Source of the DNA: a virus
Lineage: Duplodnaviria > Caudoviricetes
IMG/VR virus record: IMGVR_UViG_3300030606_000011
Location: 1 to 48,456 of that record
DNA length: 48,456 bases
Direction: 5' to 3' (one strand)
In this document: in pieces, positions 37,773 to 47,483 of the stretch
Layout of the letters: each line of letters starts with the position of its first letter
Position numbering within the stretch: the first letter of the stretch is position 1
The notes under the pieces: generated by a model
What the model was told of the DNA's origin: nothing
Seen by the model: the letters and a program-made list of their open reading frames with translations, nothing else
The model's database searches: none
Translations under genes and position numbers: made by a program

Positions 37773-38362
37773 TGAACTACGTTCTGATCTACGCGGTCTT
37801 CCCGGTGGGCGACTTTCTCCTGGTCCGCAAGGCGCAGCCCGAGTGGCAGCGCGGGCGCTTGAACCTGCCGGGCGGGAAGGTGGAGCCCGACGAGGATGTC
37901 ATGGACGCCGCGTGGCGTGAACTGCGTGAAGAGACGGGCATCGACAGCGCCAAATGCTGGTGGTCCTACGGCGGTGGGATCTTCGGGGAGGAGTGGAACG
38001 TGGACGTGTGGCGCGCGGAAGTCCCGGTCTCCGAGTTCGGCAACCTCCGTCCGGAGTTCCCCCGGGACCACCCGCGGCACGAGCCCTTGACCGTGTCGTC
38101 ACTCGACGACGCCGTGCGCGAGCCCACGTTGATCCCCAATCTGCGCGCCGTGCTGCCCTTGATGGCGGCGCACGTGCCGTTCCAACTGCGCGACGACTTC
38201 GAGGACTCCGACCCCCAACGCGCCACGCACCGCATGGAACTGACGCTCACACACCTGCCGTCGGTCGTGCGCCCCCTGCCGCAGATCGACGTGGGAACGC
38301 GCCGTGAGATCTGCGAAATCTTCTCGAAGCCTCCCGGAGAGCGGTCCTGGGAGAAGCCATGA
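37769..38362 (+). CDS. NUDIX hydrolase
   Basis: Nudix box GGKVEPDEDVMDAAWRELREETGI. Confidence 0.92.
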   Translation: MMNYVLIYAVFPVGDFLLVRKAQPEWQRGRLNLPGGKVEPDEDVMDAAWRELREETGIDSAKCWWSYGGGIFGEEWNVDVWRAEVPVSEFGNLRPEFPRDHPRHEPLTVSSLDDAVREPTLIPNLRAVLPLMAAHVPFQLRDDFEDSDPQRATHRMELTLTHLPSVVRPLPQIDVGTRREICEIFSKPPGERSWEKP

Positions 38363-38730
38363 CGCCGAAACTCCTGGACGAGCGCTACGCCGTCTATTGG
38401 GTCGACAGTGCGTGCGCCAACCAGGTCACGTTCGGAATGAAAGTGAGGGATCTACTCATCGCACGGAGTGAGAGTGAGGCTATCTCGTACGCGCGCCTCT
38501 CACCGACGCTCTCCAACCCCAAAGGCGGGCCGCGCACGTACACCGCCGGTCGCATCACACCCTTCGCGTCGCGAGAGTTCGCCCGAGGCGCGCTCTACGA
38601 AGCGAAAGAGACGCTGCGCGATCACGCATACGACCGCGGAACATGCCATGCGATCTTCGACCGGAGACGCGATGAGTGCCGCCTTACGGACGCACGCCGT
38701 GCCGCGCGCCGCGCCGAGGAGAAGCCATGA
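38359..38730 (+). CDS. Hypothetical protein
   Basis: ATGA coupling, GGAG RBS. Confidence 0.65.
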   Translation: MTPKLLDERYAVYWVDSACANQVTFGMKVRDLLIARSESEAISYARLSPTLSNPKGGPRTYTAGRITPFASREFARGALYEAKETLRDHAYDRGTCHAIFDRRRDECRLTDARRAARRAEEKP

Positions 38731-38987
38731 TTCCGTTTTGGATCGCCGTCATCTACGGAGCCGTCATCTACGCAGCCGCGAAGCGAGACGAAGATGACGG
38801 GCCGTCCGCCAGCAGGATCGCCCCGGCCGCCCTAGAGGAACCGGGTGACAGGGTCCGCCGTGCGAACATGCCGGCGCTCGCCGCGCTCGGCCTCTGCGTG
38901 GCAAACGGGGGGCTGGACGCACGCGCAGCGATCCTGCTCGCGATCACCGCGGCGGCGTTCTGGGTGTCGGCGTTCCTGACACGATGA
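38727..38987 (+). CDS. Small membrane protein
   Basis: ATGA coupling; three hydrophobic segments. Confidence 0.6.
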   Translation: MIPFWIAVIYGAVIYAAAKRDEDDGPSASRIAPAALEEPGDRVRRANMPALAALGLCVANGGLDARAAILLAITAAAFWVSAFLTR

Positions 38988-39061
38988 TGGGGGAGGCTTT
39001 GAACGCACGCCGCGCCGGAAGGTGCCGTGTGACCCCCTTCCTGGCGTGCCGCCGCTCACGC

Positions 39062-39412
39062 TCAACGTGACGTGGGGAAGACGTGGAACGTCACGAAGCC
39101 GAAAGCGCCGAGGATCGCCAACCACGCGACGAGCACCGCGGCGCCGACGAAGATCGACGCCCACGCCTGACCCCTCGGACGTGAGAAGAGAGCGCAGACA
39201 CCGAAAAGAATGCCGAGCGGTGCCAGCGCGCCGCAGGTCATGATCGACGTCAGGGACGTCACGAGCGCGACCGTGCCGAGCACGTTGATCGCCCGCTCCT
39301 GCACGATGATCGTCGGCGATTCGGCCCGTACGTGCAAATCGTGCGGGGATTTCCAGTCCACACGCGGTGACCGGAAGGGCGCCGCGTCCTCGTGGTCCTC
39401 GCGCGTCGTCAT
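39062..39412 (-). CDS. DUF4190-like membrane protein
   Basis: NVLG.VALV.SL...TCG.LAPLGILFGV.AL...PRGQAWA.I.VG; coupled start. Confidence 0.65.
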   Translation of the reverse strand: MTTREDHEDAAPFRSPRVDWKSPHDLHVRAESPTIIVQERAINVLGTVALVTSLTSIMTCGALAPLGILFGVCALFSRPRGQAWASIFVGAAVLVAWLAILGAFGFVTFHVFPTSR

Positions 39413-39678
39413 GCGTCGCCTCCGGCGGCGCGAGCGCGGCGCTTCGCCTGATAGGCGCGCATGTACGCGGTGCGGTCCCGGCGTCCCCGGGTGTCCTCGC
39501 GCCGGCCGAGCCGCTCCTGTTCGCGCGCATAGGCGCGCGCCGCGCGCGTGATCCAATCGAAGGGGTCCGGTGCCGCGAACATGCGTTCGACGGCGTCGGC
39601 GTCCAACCTGTCTACCAGGATGGCCAGGAGCGCGTCCTGGGTCCTCGAGGTCCCTGTCTCCTCACGTCTGGGCATCAC
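39409..39678 (-). CDS. Hypothetical basic protein
   Basis: Coupled at both ends; YMRAYQAKRR motif. Confidence 0.6.
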   Translation of the reverse strand: MMPRREETGTSRTQDALLAILVDRLDADAVERMFAAPDPFDWITRAARAYAREQERLGRREDTRGRRDRTAYMRAYQAKRRARAAGGDA

Positions 39679-40301
39679 GCCTCCCTGGCGCCCTGGCGGC
39701 GCTCCTGTTCGTCCTCCCGTCGACGCTCGAGCCGCCCGTCGGCCTCGGCGTCCGCGCGGTCATCGTCGGTCATCTGCGGATCGTCCTCGGGCCGCTCCGA
39801 GAACACCCCACACTCACACGAGGCGGTGTCCATCGCGGCCTCGGGCCACATGCCGCAACCTCCGTCCGGGTCGTGATCGCAGCACCGATGCCCGCAGGTG
39901 CCGCACGGCTCCGCGCAAATGTCTGCCTTGACGTCGTGGACGCACCGACGCACGCGCACCCGCCGCTCGGTGTAGATCCGGGTGTCGATCCGGCCGCGCA
40001 GCCGGGTGAGGTCCTTCCCGTAGCGGTCGGCCGCCCGGGTCAGCCAGGCGAGCGGGTCGTCGGACGCCTCGAGCAAGGCGCGCGCGCCGCACCGGCCGTG
40101 CTCGCACGTGTCGCCGTGCAGCTCGCCACCGTCGGTGACCGCGCCGCACGTGGGGCAGTCCTCGACGGTCCGTACCATGTTGCGCGACACCCAACGCAGG
40201 AGCCGCATGGAGCCGACGCCCGTCAGCGCGTGCTCGGTCTCGGTCTCGCTCAGTCCGGCCGCCCGGCACAAGGCCCGCGGCGTGTAGGTCATGTCACGCA
40301 T
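39675..40301 (-). CDS. Hypothetical Cys-rich protein
   Basis: GGAGGAG RBS before ATG 40301; CxxC and CxxCGH motifs. Confidence 0.65.
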   Translation of the reverse strand: MRDMTYTPRALCRAAGLSETETEHALTGVGSMRLLRWVSRNMVRTVEDCPTCGAVTDGGELHGDTCEHGRCGARALLEASDDPLAWLTRAADRYGKDLTRLRGRIDTRIYTERRVRVRRCVHDVKADICAEPCGTCGHRCCDHDPDGGCGMWPEAAMDTASCECGVFSERPEDDPQMTDDDRADAEADGRLERRREDEQERRQGAREA

Positions 40302-40554
40302 GGTCGGCTCCTCCATTCCCCGTGCCGCGCGCCGGGGCAGCGGTGGGCGCCACCGGGGGTGCGCAGGCGGCGCACAAGGGGGCGCCGGACAACATGCCGG
40401 TGGCGGGCCGTTGGCACATGCAGCACGCCACGTCACCGCGGCGCACATCCCGCGCCGCGCGACACGCGGGGCAGGCGCAGGGCGTGCCGCGCAGGAAGGC
40501 GACGGCGTCGCGCAACCTCCCGAAGAATGTCGATACGTTCGTACGCCGGGTCAT
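40294..40554 (-). CDS. Small Zn-finger-like protein
   Basis: GAGGAG RBS; CxCxxC and CxxC motifs. Confidence 0.55.
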   Translation of the reverse strand: MTRRTNVSTFFGRLRDAVAFLRGTPCACPACRAARDVRRGDVACCMCQRPATGMLSGAPLCAACAPPVAPTAAPARGTGNGGADHA

Positions 40555-40638
40555 GGTCAAGACTCCTCGCTCGGGGTGGTATGTGCCGGGCAGGCGGGGG
40601 CGCCGTCTGCCCGGCGGCCGGGGTTCGTCGCGGACTCC

Positions 40639-41919
40639 CTAGTCGAGGCTGACCGGCATGACCACGTGGGTGAACGCGCCTTCCCCCAGACGCAGCGGCG
40701 CTCCCGACTGCACGATCATCTCGACGGTGTCCCCGACGAGCGCCCTCAATGCTTGTGTGAGGAAATCGGGGTTGAAACCGACGCGCAGCGTCGTGGGAGC
40801 GGGCTCCGGCTCGACGGGTGCCGCGGCGCCGCCGTCGTCCTCCACATCGGGGTCGCGCTCGACGGGCGCCGGGGTTCCGGCTTCGATCGACGCGGGTAGG
40901 GACTTCTGCGCCGACCCGGCCTCGCTGCGGGTCGCCACGGTCAATGTGCCGCGCTCGGCGTCCAGTTCCAGGGCGACGCAGGGCGCGTCGCGCTCGGTCA
41001 TCAGCGCCACGCGATCGAGCGCCGCGCGCAGCGCCTCGACTTCGACCGTCATCAGCCATGCGTGTGGGTTGCCGCAGCCGGAGTCGATGATTTCCCGCCA
41101 CGCCGGGAACGTACCCTCGACGCAGCGCGCGACGATCGTGCGCCGCCCGTCGGCGTCGGAAAGCGCCACGTGCTGCCCTTGGAGACTGTTGGCCGGCGGC
41201 ACCGGGTCGATGGCGACGCGCACGGCGTCGCCCCTGCCGAACAGCTTGGCGGCGATCGTGAGCGCGCGCACGGGCAGGATGCCGTGGTGGGACGTGGGCG
41301 ACGCCGCGCGGCTGCGCGCCGCGGGCTGCGCGATGAAGCGCGACAGGCGGCGCCCGTCGGACGCGACGAACGTCGCCCCATCGCGCAGGTCCACGAGGAC
41401 GCCGTCCAGGGCGAAGCGCATCTTCTCCTTGGCCGCCGCCCACGGGCACGTGCGCAGCGCGCCTGCGAAGTCCTCGGCGCCGAGTAGCACATTGTCCTCT
41501 GGGGAGACGGCGGGCGTTGTGGGGAAGTCCTCAGGGTCCTGCCCGCGCACGGTGAACGTCTCCCCGGTCGCGGCGTCCGAGATGACCGCGTCAAAGTCGC
41601 CGCCCGCCGCGACGCGGATCTCCACGCCGTTGAAGCCGGCGAGCACCTTGTCGAGCATCTTCGCCGGCACGCAGACCGTGCCGGGCCGCGTGCCGGGCGC
41701 CCAGAACACCGGCTCGCGCACCGTCACGGCGATTTCGAGATCGGTGCCCGTGAGGGTCAGATCCCCGGACGCGTCGAGCGCGATCAGCACGCACCCCATG
41801 ATCGGATGCGCTCGCGCGCTGGTGTCCGCGCCGCGTGCCGCGTCCTGGACGGCCGTGCGCAGGCGTTTGGCCGGGACCGTGAAACTCAGTCGCGCGCCGG
41901 TTTCGGTGTCGGTACTCAT
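40639..41919 (-). CDS. dnaN: DNA polymerase III beta sliding clamp homologue
   Basis: PIM.CVLI, L.GTDLEI, G...VPAK, EDFP, RFALDGV, VASDGRRL, EG.FP.W..II, ALDRVAL and VGFNPDFL..AL motifs, C-terminal VVMPV. Confidence 0.93.
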   Translation of the reverse strand: MSTDTETGARLSFTVPAKRLRTAVQDAARGADTSARAHPIMGCVLIALDASGDLTLTGTDLEIAVTVREPVFWAPGTRPGTVCVPAKMLDKVLAGFNGVEIRVAAGGDFDAVISDAATGETFTVRGQDPEDFPTTPAVSPEDNVLLGAEDFAGALRTCPWAAAKEKMRFALDGVLVDLRDGATFVASDGRRLSRFIAQPAARSRAASPTSHHGILPVRALTIAAKLFGRGDAVRVAIDPVPPANSLQGQHVALSDADGRRTIVARCVEGTFPAWREIIDSGCGNPHAWLMTVEVEALRAALDRVALMTERDAPCVALELDAERGTLTVATRSEAGSAQKSLPASIEAGTPAPVERDPDVEDDGGAAAPVEPEPAPTTLRVGFNPDFLTQALRALVGDTVEMIVQSGAPLRLGEGAFTHVVMPVSLD

Positions 41920-42035
41920 GTTCTGGGGCTCCTTTTCGTCGTCGTCTCGGGTTGTCCGGCGGGCACCGCGCCTGCCGTTTTGGTCTCGGGGTCAGGCGGC
42001 GCTCGGTTCGAGTGCCGCATCGCACGCCGCGCCGC

Positions 42036-42520
<485 letters not shown>

Positions 42521-42524
<4 letters not shown>

Positions 42525-43486
42525 GACCGCACCGCCCGAACGAGCCGCCCGCTCTGCACGTGGTACGCGACGCCCGCCTCGATACCGTCCTCGCCGACGT
42601 ATCCGATCGCGTCGCGATACCTGGAGCCGTCCCACCAGCGAACGCGGATGATGCCGCGGTTGCCCGCCGCCGCGGTGCCGTCGTCGCCCGCCGTCGCGGT
42701 GCCGTCGTCGCCCGCCGTCGCGGTGCCACGGTCGCCCGCCGTCGCGGTGCCGTCGTCGCCCGCCGTCGCGGTGCCGCCGTCGCCCGCCGTCGCGGTGCCA
42801 CGGTCGCCCGCCGTCGCGGTGCCACGGTCGCCCGCCGTCGCGGTGCCACGGTCGCCCGCCGTCGCGGTGCCGCCGTCGCCCGCCGTCGCGGTGCCGCCGT
42901 CGTCCGCCGTCGCGGTGCCGCGGTAGCCCGCCGTCGCGGTGCCGCCGTCGCCCACCGTCGCGGTGCCGTCGTAGCCCGCCGTCGCGATGCCGCGGTAGCC
43001 CACCGTCGCGGTGCCGTCGTAGCCCGCCGTCGCGGTGCCGCGGTAGCCCGCCGTCGCGGTGCCGCGGTTGCCCGCCGTCGCGGTGCCGTGGTCGCCCACC
43101 GTCGCGGTGCCGTCGTCGCCCGCCGCGACGATTGCGCCGATGACCGCGCGCCCGGCCGCGCCGTGCGCGATCAGGTAGTTGGTCGCTGCGAGGCGGTCAC
43201 CGACGAAGACGACCTCCCCGCGCGGGAACTTCACCTTGCAGGCGTCGATCGCGACCACGTCGGCCGCGAGCACCCGCACGATGAGCCACTTGACGCTTTC
43301 ACTCCAGTCCGCGAGGTTGCCGTCACCCTCACCCCAGAGGAAGCCGTGCAGGCCGCCGCCGCACTCGGGCTCTGGGTTCCAGTCGGGCGCCTCGACCGGG
43401 CCGGACTCCGGCCAGGTGAAGCCACCGTGCGCCGTCATGTCGGCCGCGCACGTTCGCAAGATCAGGACGTGGTGGGGGGCGGTCAC
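42521..43486 (-). CDS. Octapeptide-repeat (ice-nucleation-protein-like) protein
   Basis: N-domain GF.WP..G.VEAPDW....CGGGLHG.LWG.G; about 20 AGxxGTAT repeats; C-terminal VGEDGI.AGV.Y. Confidence 0.85.
42644..43123 (-). repeat. About 20 tandem 24-bp coding repeats
   Basis: Unit approximately GCGGGCGACCGTGGCACCGCGACG on the minus strand. Confidence 0.95.
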
Positions 43487-43698
43487 GAGCGCACCACCTT
43501 TCGCCCGCCGTCACACCCCCCACCGGCGCAGCGTCGGCAGACCGCCCGACTACACACCGGGCAGTGACCGCCCGAGTCGAGCGTCGGGCGTCCGTCGGGT
43601 CCGGGGACCGGGTAGGACGTCTCGCAGTGCGGGCAGACCGTCGCCGGGTGCGGCGCGGCGGGCCGCTCGTCCTTCGTCGTCATCGTCGCGTTCGTCAT
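43483..43698 (-). CDS. Small Zn-ribbon protein
   Basis: CPHC...CPVC...CRRC; coupled to the downstream gene. Confidence 0.65.
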   Translation of the reverse strand: MTNATMTTKDERPAAPHPATVCPHCETSYPVPGPDGRPTLDSGGHCPVCSRAVCRRCAGGGCDGGRKVVRS

Positions 43699-43807
43699 CT
43701 CTCACGTTCTCCTCTCGCCGCGCGGGATCTCGTCACGACCCCGCACCCGCGCGGCTTATAGCCTTGCGGGGTGACGGCGCCCACGGGCGGCGTCGTTTCG
43801 ATGGGGA

Positions 43808-44228
43808 CTAGGCGTCGGCCGTCTCGGTCTCGTCGTCGTCGTTCTCGGTCTCGTCGTCGTCGTCGTCGTCGTCAGTCTCGAAGAGATAGGCGAGATCGCC
43901 GATCCGCTCCCGCACGTCGGCGAGCATCGCCATGTAGGCGAGCGCCGCCCAATTCACTGACTCGCCATCCGTCACGCCGTCCGTGCCCGTCGACGGTCTG
44001 CTCGAGCCACTCCTGCGCTTCGCCATCGGTCTCGACGTTGCCGCAGGCGATCTCGGCGCGCAGATCGGCCTCGATGCTGCGGATGTCGCTCCAGTAGTCG
44101 GCGCGCTTGATCCGGTCGGCGATGTCGTAGGTGTCCCCGCGCGACCCATGTTCGTAGATCGCGCGTTCCAGTGTCGCGATGGCCTGGACGATCTGGTCGT
44201 CCGTCACTCGGTCGCTCGTCGTCGTCAT
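43808..44228 (-). pseudogene. Frameshifted acidic Ocr-like (DNA-mimic) gene
   Basis: GAGGAG RBS and ATG 44228; protein-like reading to ...EWLEQTVDGH, continuing in another frame as ...NWAALAYMAMLADVRERI plus a poly-D/E tail ending 43808. Confidence 0.55.
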
Positions 44229-44292
44229 CTCTCACTCTCCTCGGGGGCGGGCCGCCCCGCGCGTTATGGTCGTCGTCGTCGTCACCGCAGAC

Positions 44293-44348
44293 AGATTACA
44301 CCCCCGTGGGGGCCGGTCAATGGGTGCCGCGCGAAAAAGTAAACTTTT
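44293..44348 (-). promoter_or_regulatory. Sigma70-like promoter with palindromic spacer and upstream palindrome
   Basis: TTGACC-16-TAATCT on the minus strand; CCCCC-GT-GGGGG in the spacer; AAAAGT-AA-ACTTTT at 44335-44348. Confidence 0.6.
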
Positions 44349-44350
44349 CT

Positions 44351-44500
44351 GCGTGGCGCTCCATGTGCCGCGTGGCGCTCCATGTGCCGCGTGGCGCGCC
44401 GCTCGTGGGTGCCGCGTGGCGCTCTGTGCACCGCGTGGCGCGCCGCTCGCGGGTGCCGGGTGCCGCGTGGCGCTCTGTGCACCGCGTGGCGCGCCGCTCC
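44351..44500. repeat. Non-coding array of GCGTGGCGC-core repeats
   Basis: About 7 copies of (GT)GC[CA]CGCGTGGCGC-like units, mostly at about 19-23 bp spacing. Confidence 0.85.
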
Positions 44501-44513
44501 GGTGGGTTGGGCG

Positions 44514-44786
44514 TCACGGGTGCCCCTTGCCGGGCGTGGCGCTCCAAGGGTCGGCGGCCCACGCGCCCACGTCCGACGCGGCGCGCCGCCGGCACGCGGC
44601 GCACGCGCGGGCGGCGCCTGTGTAGGTCGCCACGCTCGGCGGCACGGGGCGCACGTCCACGGGCGACCCGCACGCGCGGCGCCCCGCGCAGACGTCCCAG
44701 ACGGGCACCGGGCACGCCGACGGCCACCCGGTGCCGACGTCGGCACCGGGGGTGCCGCGGTGGCGGCGGCGCGTGGCGCGCGTCAC
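44514..44786 (-). CDS. Hypothetical protein
   Basis: GTG coupled to the stop of 44783-45091. Confidence 0.4.
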   Translation of the reverse strand: MTRATRRRHRGTPGADVGTGWPSACPVPVWDVCAGRRACGSPVDVRPVPPSVATYTGAARACAACRRRAASDVGAWAADPWSATPGKGHP

Positions 44787-45091
44787 GGTTGCACGTCCGA
44801 AGGGCGCGGCGCCCGTCCGGCGATCTGCGCCAGACGGCGCGGCGCCTGGCACTCGGGACACATGGCGCGCGCCGCACGTAGCAGCGGAAGCGGACGGTTG
44901 CGCTCGCGCCCGCACGTGCCGCACGGCCCGAGCGGCATTCGGACGGCCCAGAACCGGCGCGCGGCTTCGCGCGCCATCCGGCGCGCATCCTCGGCGCCCC
45001 GACGATTCCCGCTGCGCGCGCAGTCATCGACCGCGCGCGCCGAGTCGGCGAGACATTCGAGAAGCGCCGCGCGGCGTTCTGCGGGCGTCAC
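44783..45091 (-). CDS. Hypothetical protein with CxxC...CxxC
   Basis: GTGA coupling at both ends. Confidence 0.6.
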   Translation of the reverse strand: MTPAERRAALLECLADSARAVDDCARSGNRRGAEDARRMAREAARRFWAVRMPLGPCGTCGRERNRPLPLLRAARAMCPECQAPRRLAQIAGRAPRPSDVQP

Positions 45092-45633
45092 GGTCGCACA
45101 CCCGATCCGAGGCGGACCGTGACCGTTCCGACGTCGGGCGGGAGGTACAGGCCGTGCATGTCGATCTGCTCGCTGGCCAGCCGGCGGACCACGTCGGCGA
45201 TATCCGACAGTCGCTCGGACTCGGTGTAGCCTCCGGAGCGGAGGATCGCGGCGATGGCGCGGGCCGCGCCGTCGAGCGCCGCGAGACGCGCGGCCACGAC
45301 GGAGAGATCCGTTTCGTGGCCGACTCCTGCGGCGCGCGGGTCCAACTCAGGGTCCACCGCGGTCACGGTCACCGCGAATTCGGCGATGTCCGTCTCCCAC
45401 GTGTCGCGGAAAGCGACAGTCGACTCCAAGTGCGCGGCGCTCGCCTGCCGGCAGTCTCGGCACGCGAGCGGCGCCCGGTAGTCTTCCCACGACTCGGCGC
45501 CGAGGAACCGATCCGGCAGGACGGCCGGGAACGGCGAGAGATCGCCCGCGGGTGTCTCCTGGTTGCAGTGCTCGCACGTCGTCATCCCACACACTCGCTT
45601 CCTGCCCGCGCCGCGCGCGGGCGTCACCGTCAT
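45088..45633 (-). CDS. Hypothetical protein with CxxC motifs
   Basis: Coupled ORF with protein-like composition. Confidence 0.65.
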   Translation of the reverse strand: MTVTPARGAGRKRVCGMTTCEHCNQETPAGDLSPFPAVLPDRFLGAESWEDYRAPLACRDCRQASAAHLESTVAFRDTWETDIAEFAVTVTAVDPELDPRAAGVGHETDLSVVAARLAALDGAARAIAAILRSGGYTESERLSDIADVVRRLASEQIDMHGLYLPPDVGTVTVRLGSGVRP

Positions 45634-45734
45634 AGTAGAAGGTAGGCCAGCGCCACCGCGGCCACGAGCGCCGCGCCGACCACGTCGCGCGCGGTCACGC
45701 GGCCCGCGTCGGGGGCGCCCTTATCGGGCGTCAT
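45630..45734 (-). CDS. 34-aa single-TM peptide
   Basis: ATGA coupling at both ends; hydrophobic C-terminus. Confidence 0.5.
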   Translation of the reverse strand: MTPDKGAPDAGRVTARDVVGAALVAAVALAYLLL

Positions 45735-45967
45735 GCGCGCACGACGTCGCCGTGCCCCACGGGACGGAAGCAAGGCGCGTCCCACGGGAGCACGGACACC
45801 GTTCCGCCGAAGATGCGCCCGGCCGCGTGGGCCGCACATACGGGCACCGCGGCGCCTATTCGCCGAGACGTTCCAATCGACACGTCGAAGATGACGAAGC
45901 GCGCCAGACGGCGGCACTTACGGGCACCGTCCCAACACCGGCACCGCTGAAGCGCGCGGCCGGTCAC
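45731..45967 (-). CDS. Hypothetical Cys-rich protein
   Basis: Coupled at both ends. Confidence 0.55.
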   Translation of the reverse strand: MTGRALQRCRCWDGARKCRRLARFVIFDVSIGTSRRIGAAVPVCAAHAAGRIFGGTVSVLPWDAPCFRPVGHGDVVRA

Positions 45968-46245
45968 GATTGCACGACGTCGCGCACGTAGACGTATCCG
46001 GAGAACTCACGGCCGGTTGCGACGTCGCGCACGTCGGCGAAGTATCCGGGGCCGGACACGGACGACCGGATGCGCACGACGTCCACCGCTCCCCGGCGGT
46101 GGATGGTATGGTACATACCCGATCCGCCGATCTTCAACGCTTGCACGCACGGGCACGTGTAGGGGGCGTTGGGGCATTCGGTGGAGTGTATCGACTCCAC
46201 CGCTTGCGAGACGCGCGACCCCGGGCGCAGTGTCGCGCGACTCAT
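45964..46245 (-). CDS. Hypothetical protein
   Basis: ATGA coupling at 46245. Confidence 0.55.
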   Translation of the reverse strand: MSRATLRPGSRVSQAVESIHSTECPNAPYTCPCVQALKIGGSGMYHTIHRRGAVDVVRIRSSVSGPGYFADVRDVATGREFSGYVYVRDVVQS

Positions 46246-46793
46246 GATGACACCCCCAACCCGACCAGCGCCGCGCGCGCGAGGCCGAAAACGCACACAC
46301 ACGAGAACGGGGCGCCACATCCCCGCGCCCCGCAGTCGTCCGCGTGACCGCGGAGCACGGCGGCACCGGCGAGCACCCGCAGACGGGCGCAGTCGGCCGA
46401 CAACGCGTGGACGGCGACTGCCGCACGCGCGAGTCCCTCGGAGTCCCAACGGACCGGATCCAGCCGGATCGCGCCCCGGCGGTCGGGGTCCAGCGCGTCA
46501 CACACCGTGCGGATGGCGGCCCGTAGGGGCTCGACGTACTCGGCTCCGTCGTGGACGGTCACGAGCGCACCACCCCACGCATGATCTCGTCCACGGACAC
46601 CACGACCTCGTTCCCCACGCATGGTCTCGTCCACGGACACCACGACCTCGTTCCCCAAGCAGCGCTCCACCTCCGCCGCCTCCCGGCTCGAGAACACCCG
46701 CGCGTCCTGTAGGCGGGGAGTGTAGGACGCGCCCTGCACCGGACTCCGCGCCACGTAGCCCCCACCCTGATCCGTGCGCCTGATGACGTACAT
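46242..46793 (-). CDS. Fusion of two small genes created by a 40-bp tandem duplication
   Basis: GAGGAG RBS and ATG 46793; original junction GTGA still present at 46559-46562. Confidence 0.6.
   Translation of the reverse strand: MYVIRRTDQGGGYVARSPVQGASYTPRLQDARVFSSREAAEVERCLGNEVVVSVDETMRGERGRGVRGRDHAWGGALVTVHDGAEYVEPLRAAIRTVCDALDPDRRGAIRLDPVRWDSEGLARAAVAVHALSADCARLRVLAGAAVLRGHADDCGARGCGAPFSCVCVFGLARAALVGLGVSS
46573..46652. repeat. 40-bp tandem duplication
   Basis: 46573-46612 and 46613-46652, one mismatch. Confidence 0.93.
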
Positions 46794-46884
46794 CGGTCGG
46801 TCTCCTCTCGGCAGGCACCATCGCCCGCCCCGCCGCATTCACTCACGCTCGCGCGCGGAGTCCACGGCGGGCAGCCGGGAGAGG

Positions 46885-47259
46885 CTAGGTCGTGGGCGTC
46901 GCCGGCGTGCCGAGGTTCCAGCCGCGCGGCGCGATCCGCGCGAGCGCCACCCCGCACGCGTCCGTCATCAGCGCCGTGAACGCGTCGCCGTCGCACCCAT
47001 CGTCGCCGTTGACGCCTTCGAGATCGCCGTGCGCGTCGAACGTCGCGCCGATCGCGCCGACCAAGCCGCTGCACGGCCAGCGGAGGCTCCACGCGTCGAC
47101 ACCGCGTGCCGTCACGGTGACGCGCACGGACGAGCGGAGGTCGGACACACGCACCTCACCGGCGAGAGCGTACGTACCATCCTCGTCGGGCGCGCCGCGC
47201 ATAGCGGCATCGAGCATCCGCGCGACGGCCGCGCGGCGATCCATCGAGAGTCGGGACAT
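46885..47259 (-). CDS. Hypothetical protein, first gene of the leftward early operon
   Basis: GGAGG RBS before ATG 47259. Confidence 0.65.
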   Translation of the reverse strand: MSRLSMDRRAAVARMLDAAMRGAPDEDGTYALAGEVRVSDLRSSVRVTVTARGVDAWSLRWPCSGLVGAIGATFDAHGDLEGVNGDDGCDGDAFTALMTDACGVALARIAPRGWNLGTPATPTT

Positions 47260-47333
47260 CAGGGCATCCTCCAAGGTTCGAGGGTTCGAGGGTCGCACCC
47301 CGCGGCGTGCGGGGCGCGCTGTTCACACCGGAC

Positions 47334-47362
47334 ATCGTACGCTACCCCCGCGGGGGTGTCTA
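47334..47362 (-). promoter_or_regulatory. Sigma70-like early promoter
   Basis: TAGACA-17-TACGAT with perfect palindrome ACCCCCGCGGGGGT (47344-47357) in the spacer; A-tracts upstream. Confidence 0.6.
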
Positions 47363-47483
47363 GTGTCCACCGGCTGTTTTTTCGGTTTTCGGTGAAAAAC
47401 TTTCGTAGCGAGGCTGGCCGGGGTTTCGTCGCGGCGTCCACCGCGGGGGTTAGGGGGCGGGGCGGCGGTTTTTCGTATCACGC

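Noticed and set aside
42644-43123. CRISPR array or DGR-type variation in the 24-bp repeats
   Set aside because: Repeats are contiguous, in frame and lack unique spacers; NNC variable codons are explained by GC3 bias; no cas or RT genes (the DUF2800 protein is the usual phage replication-module nuclease)
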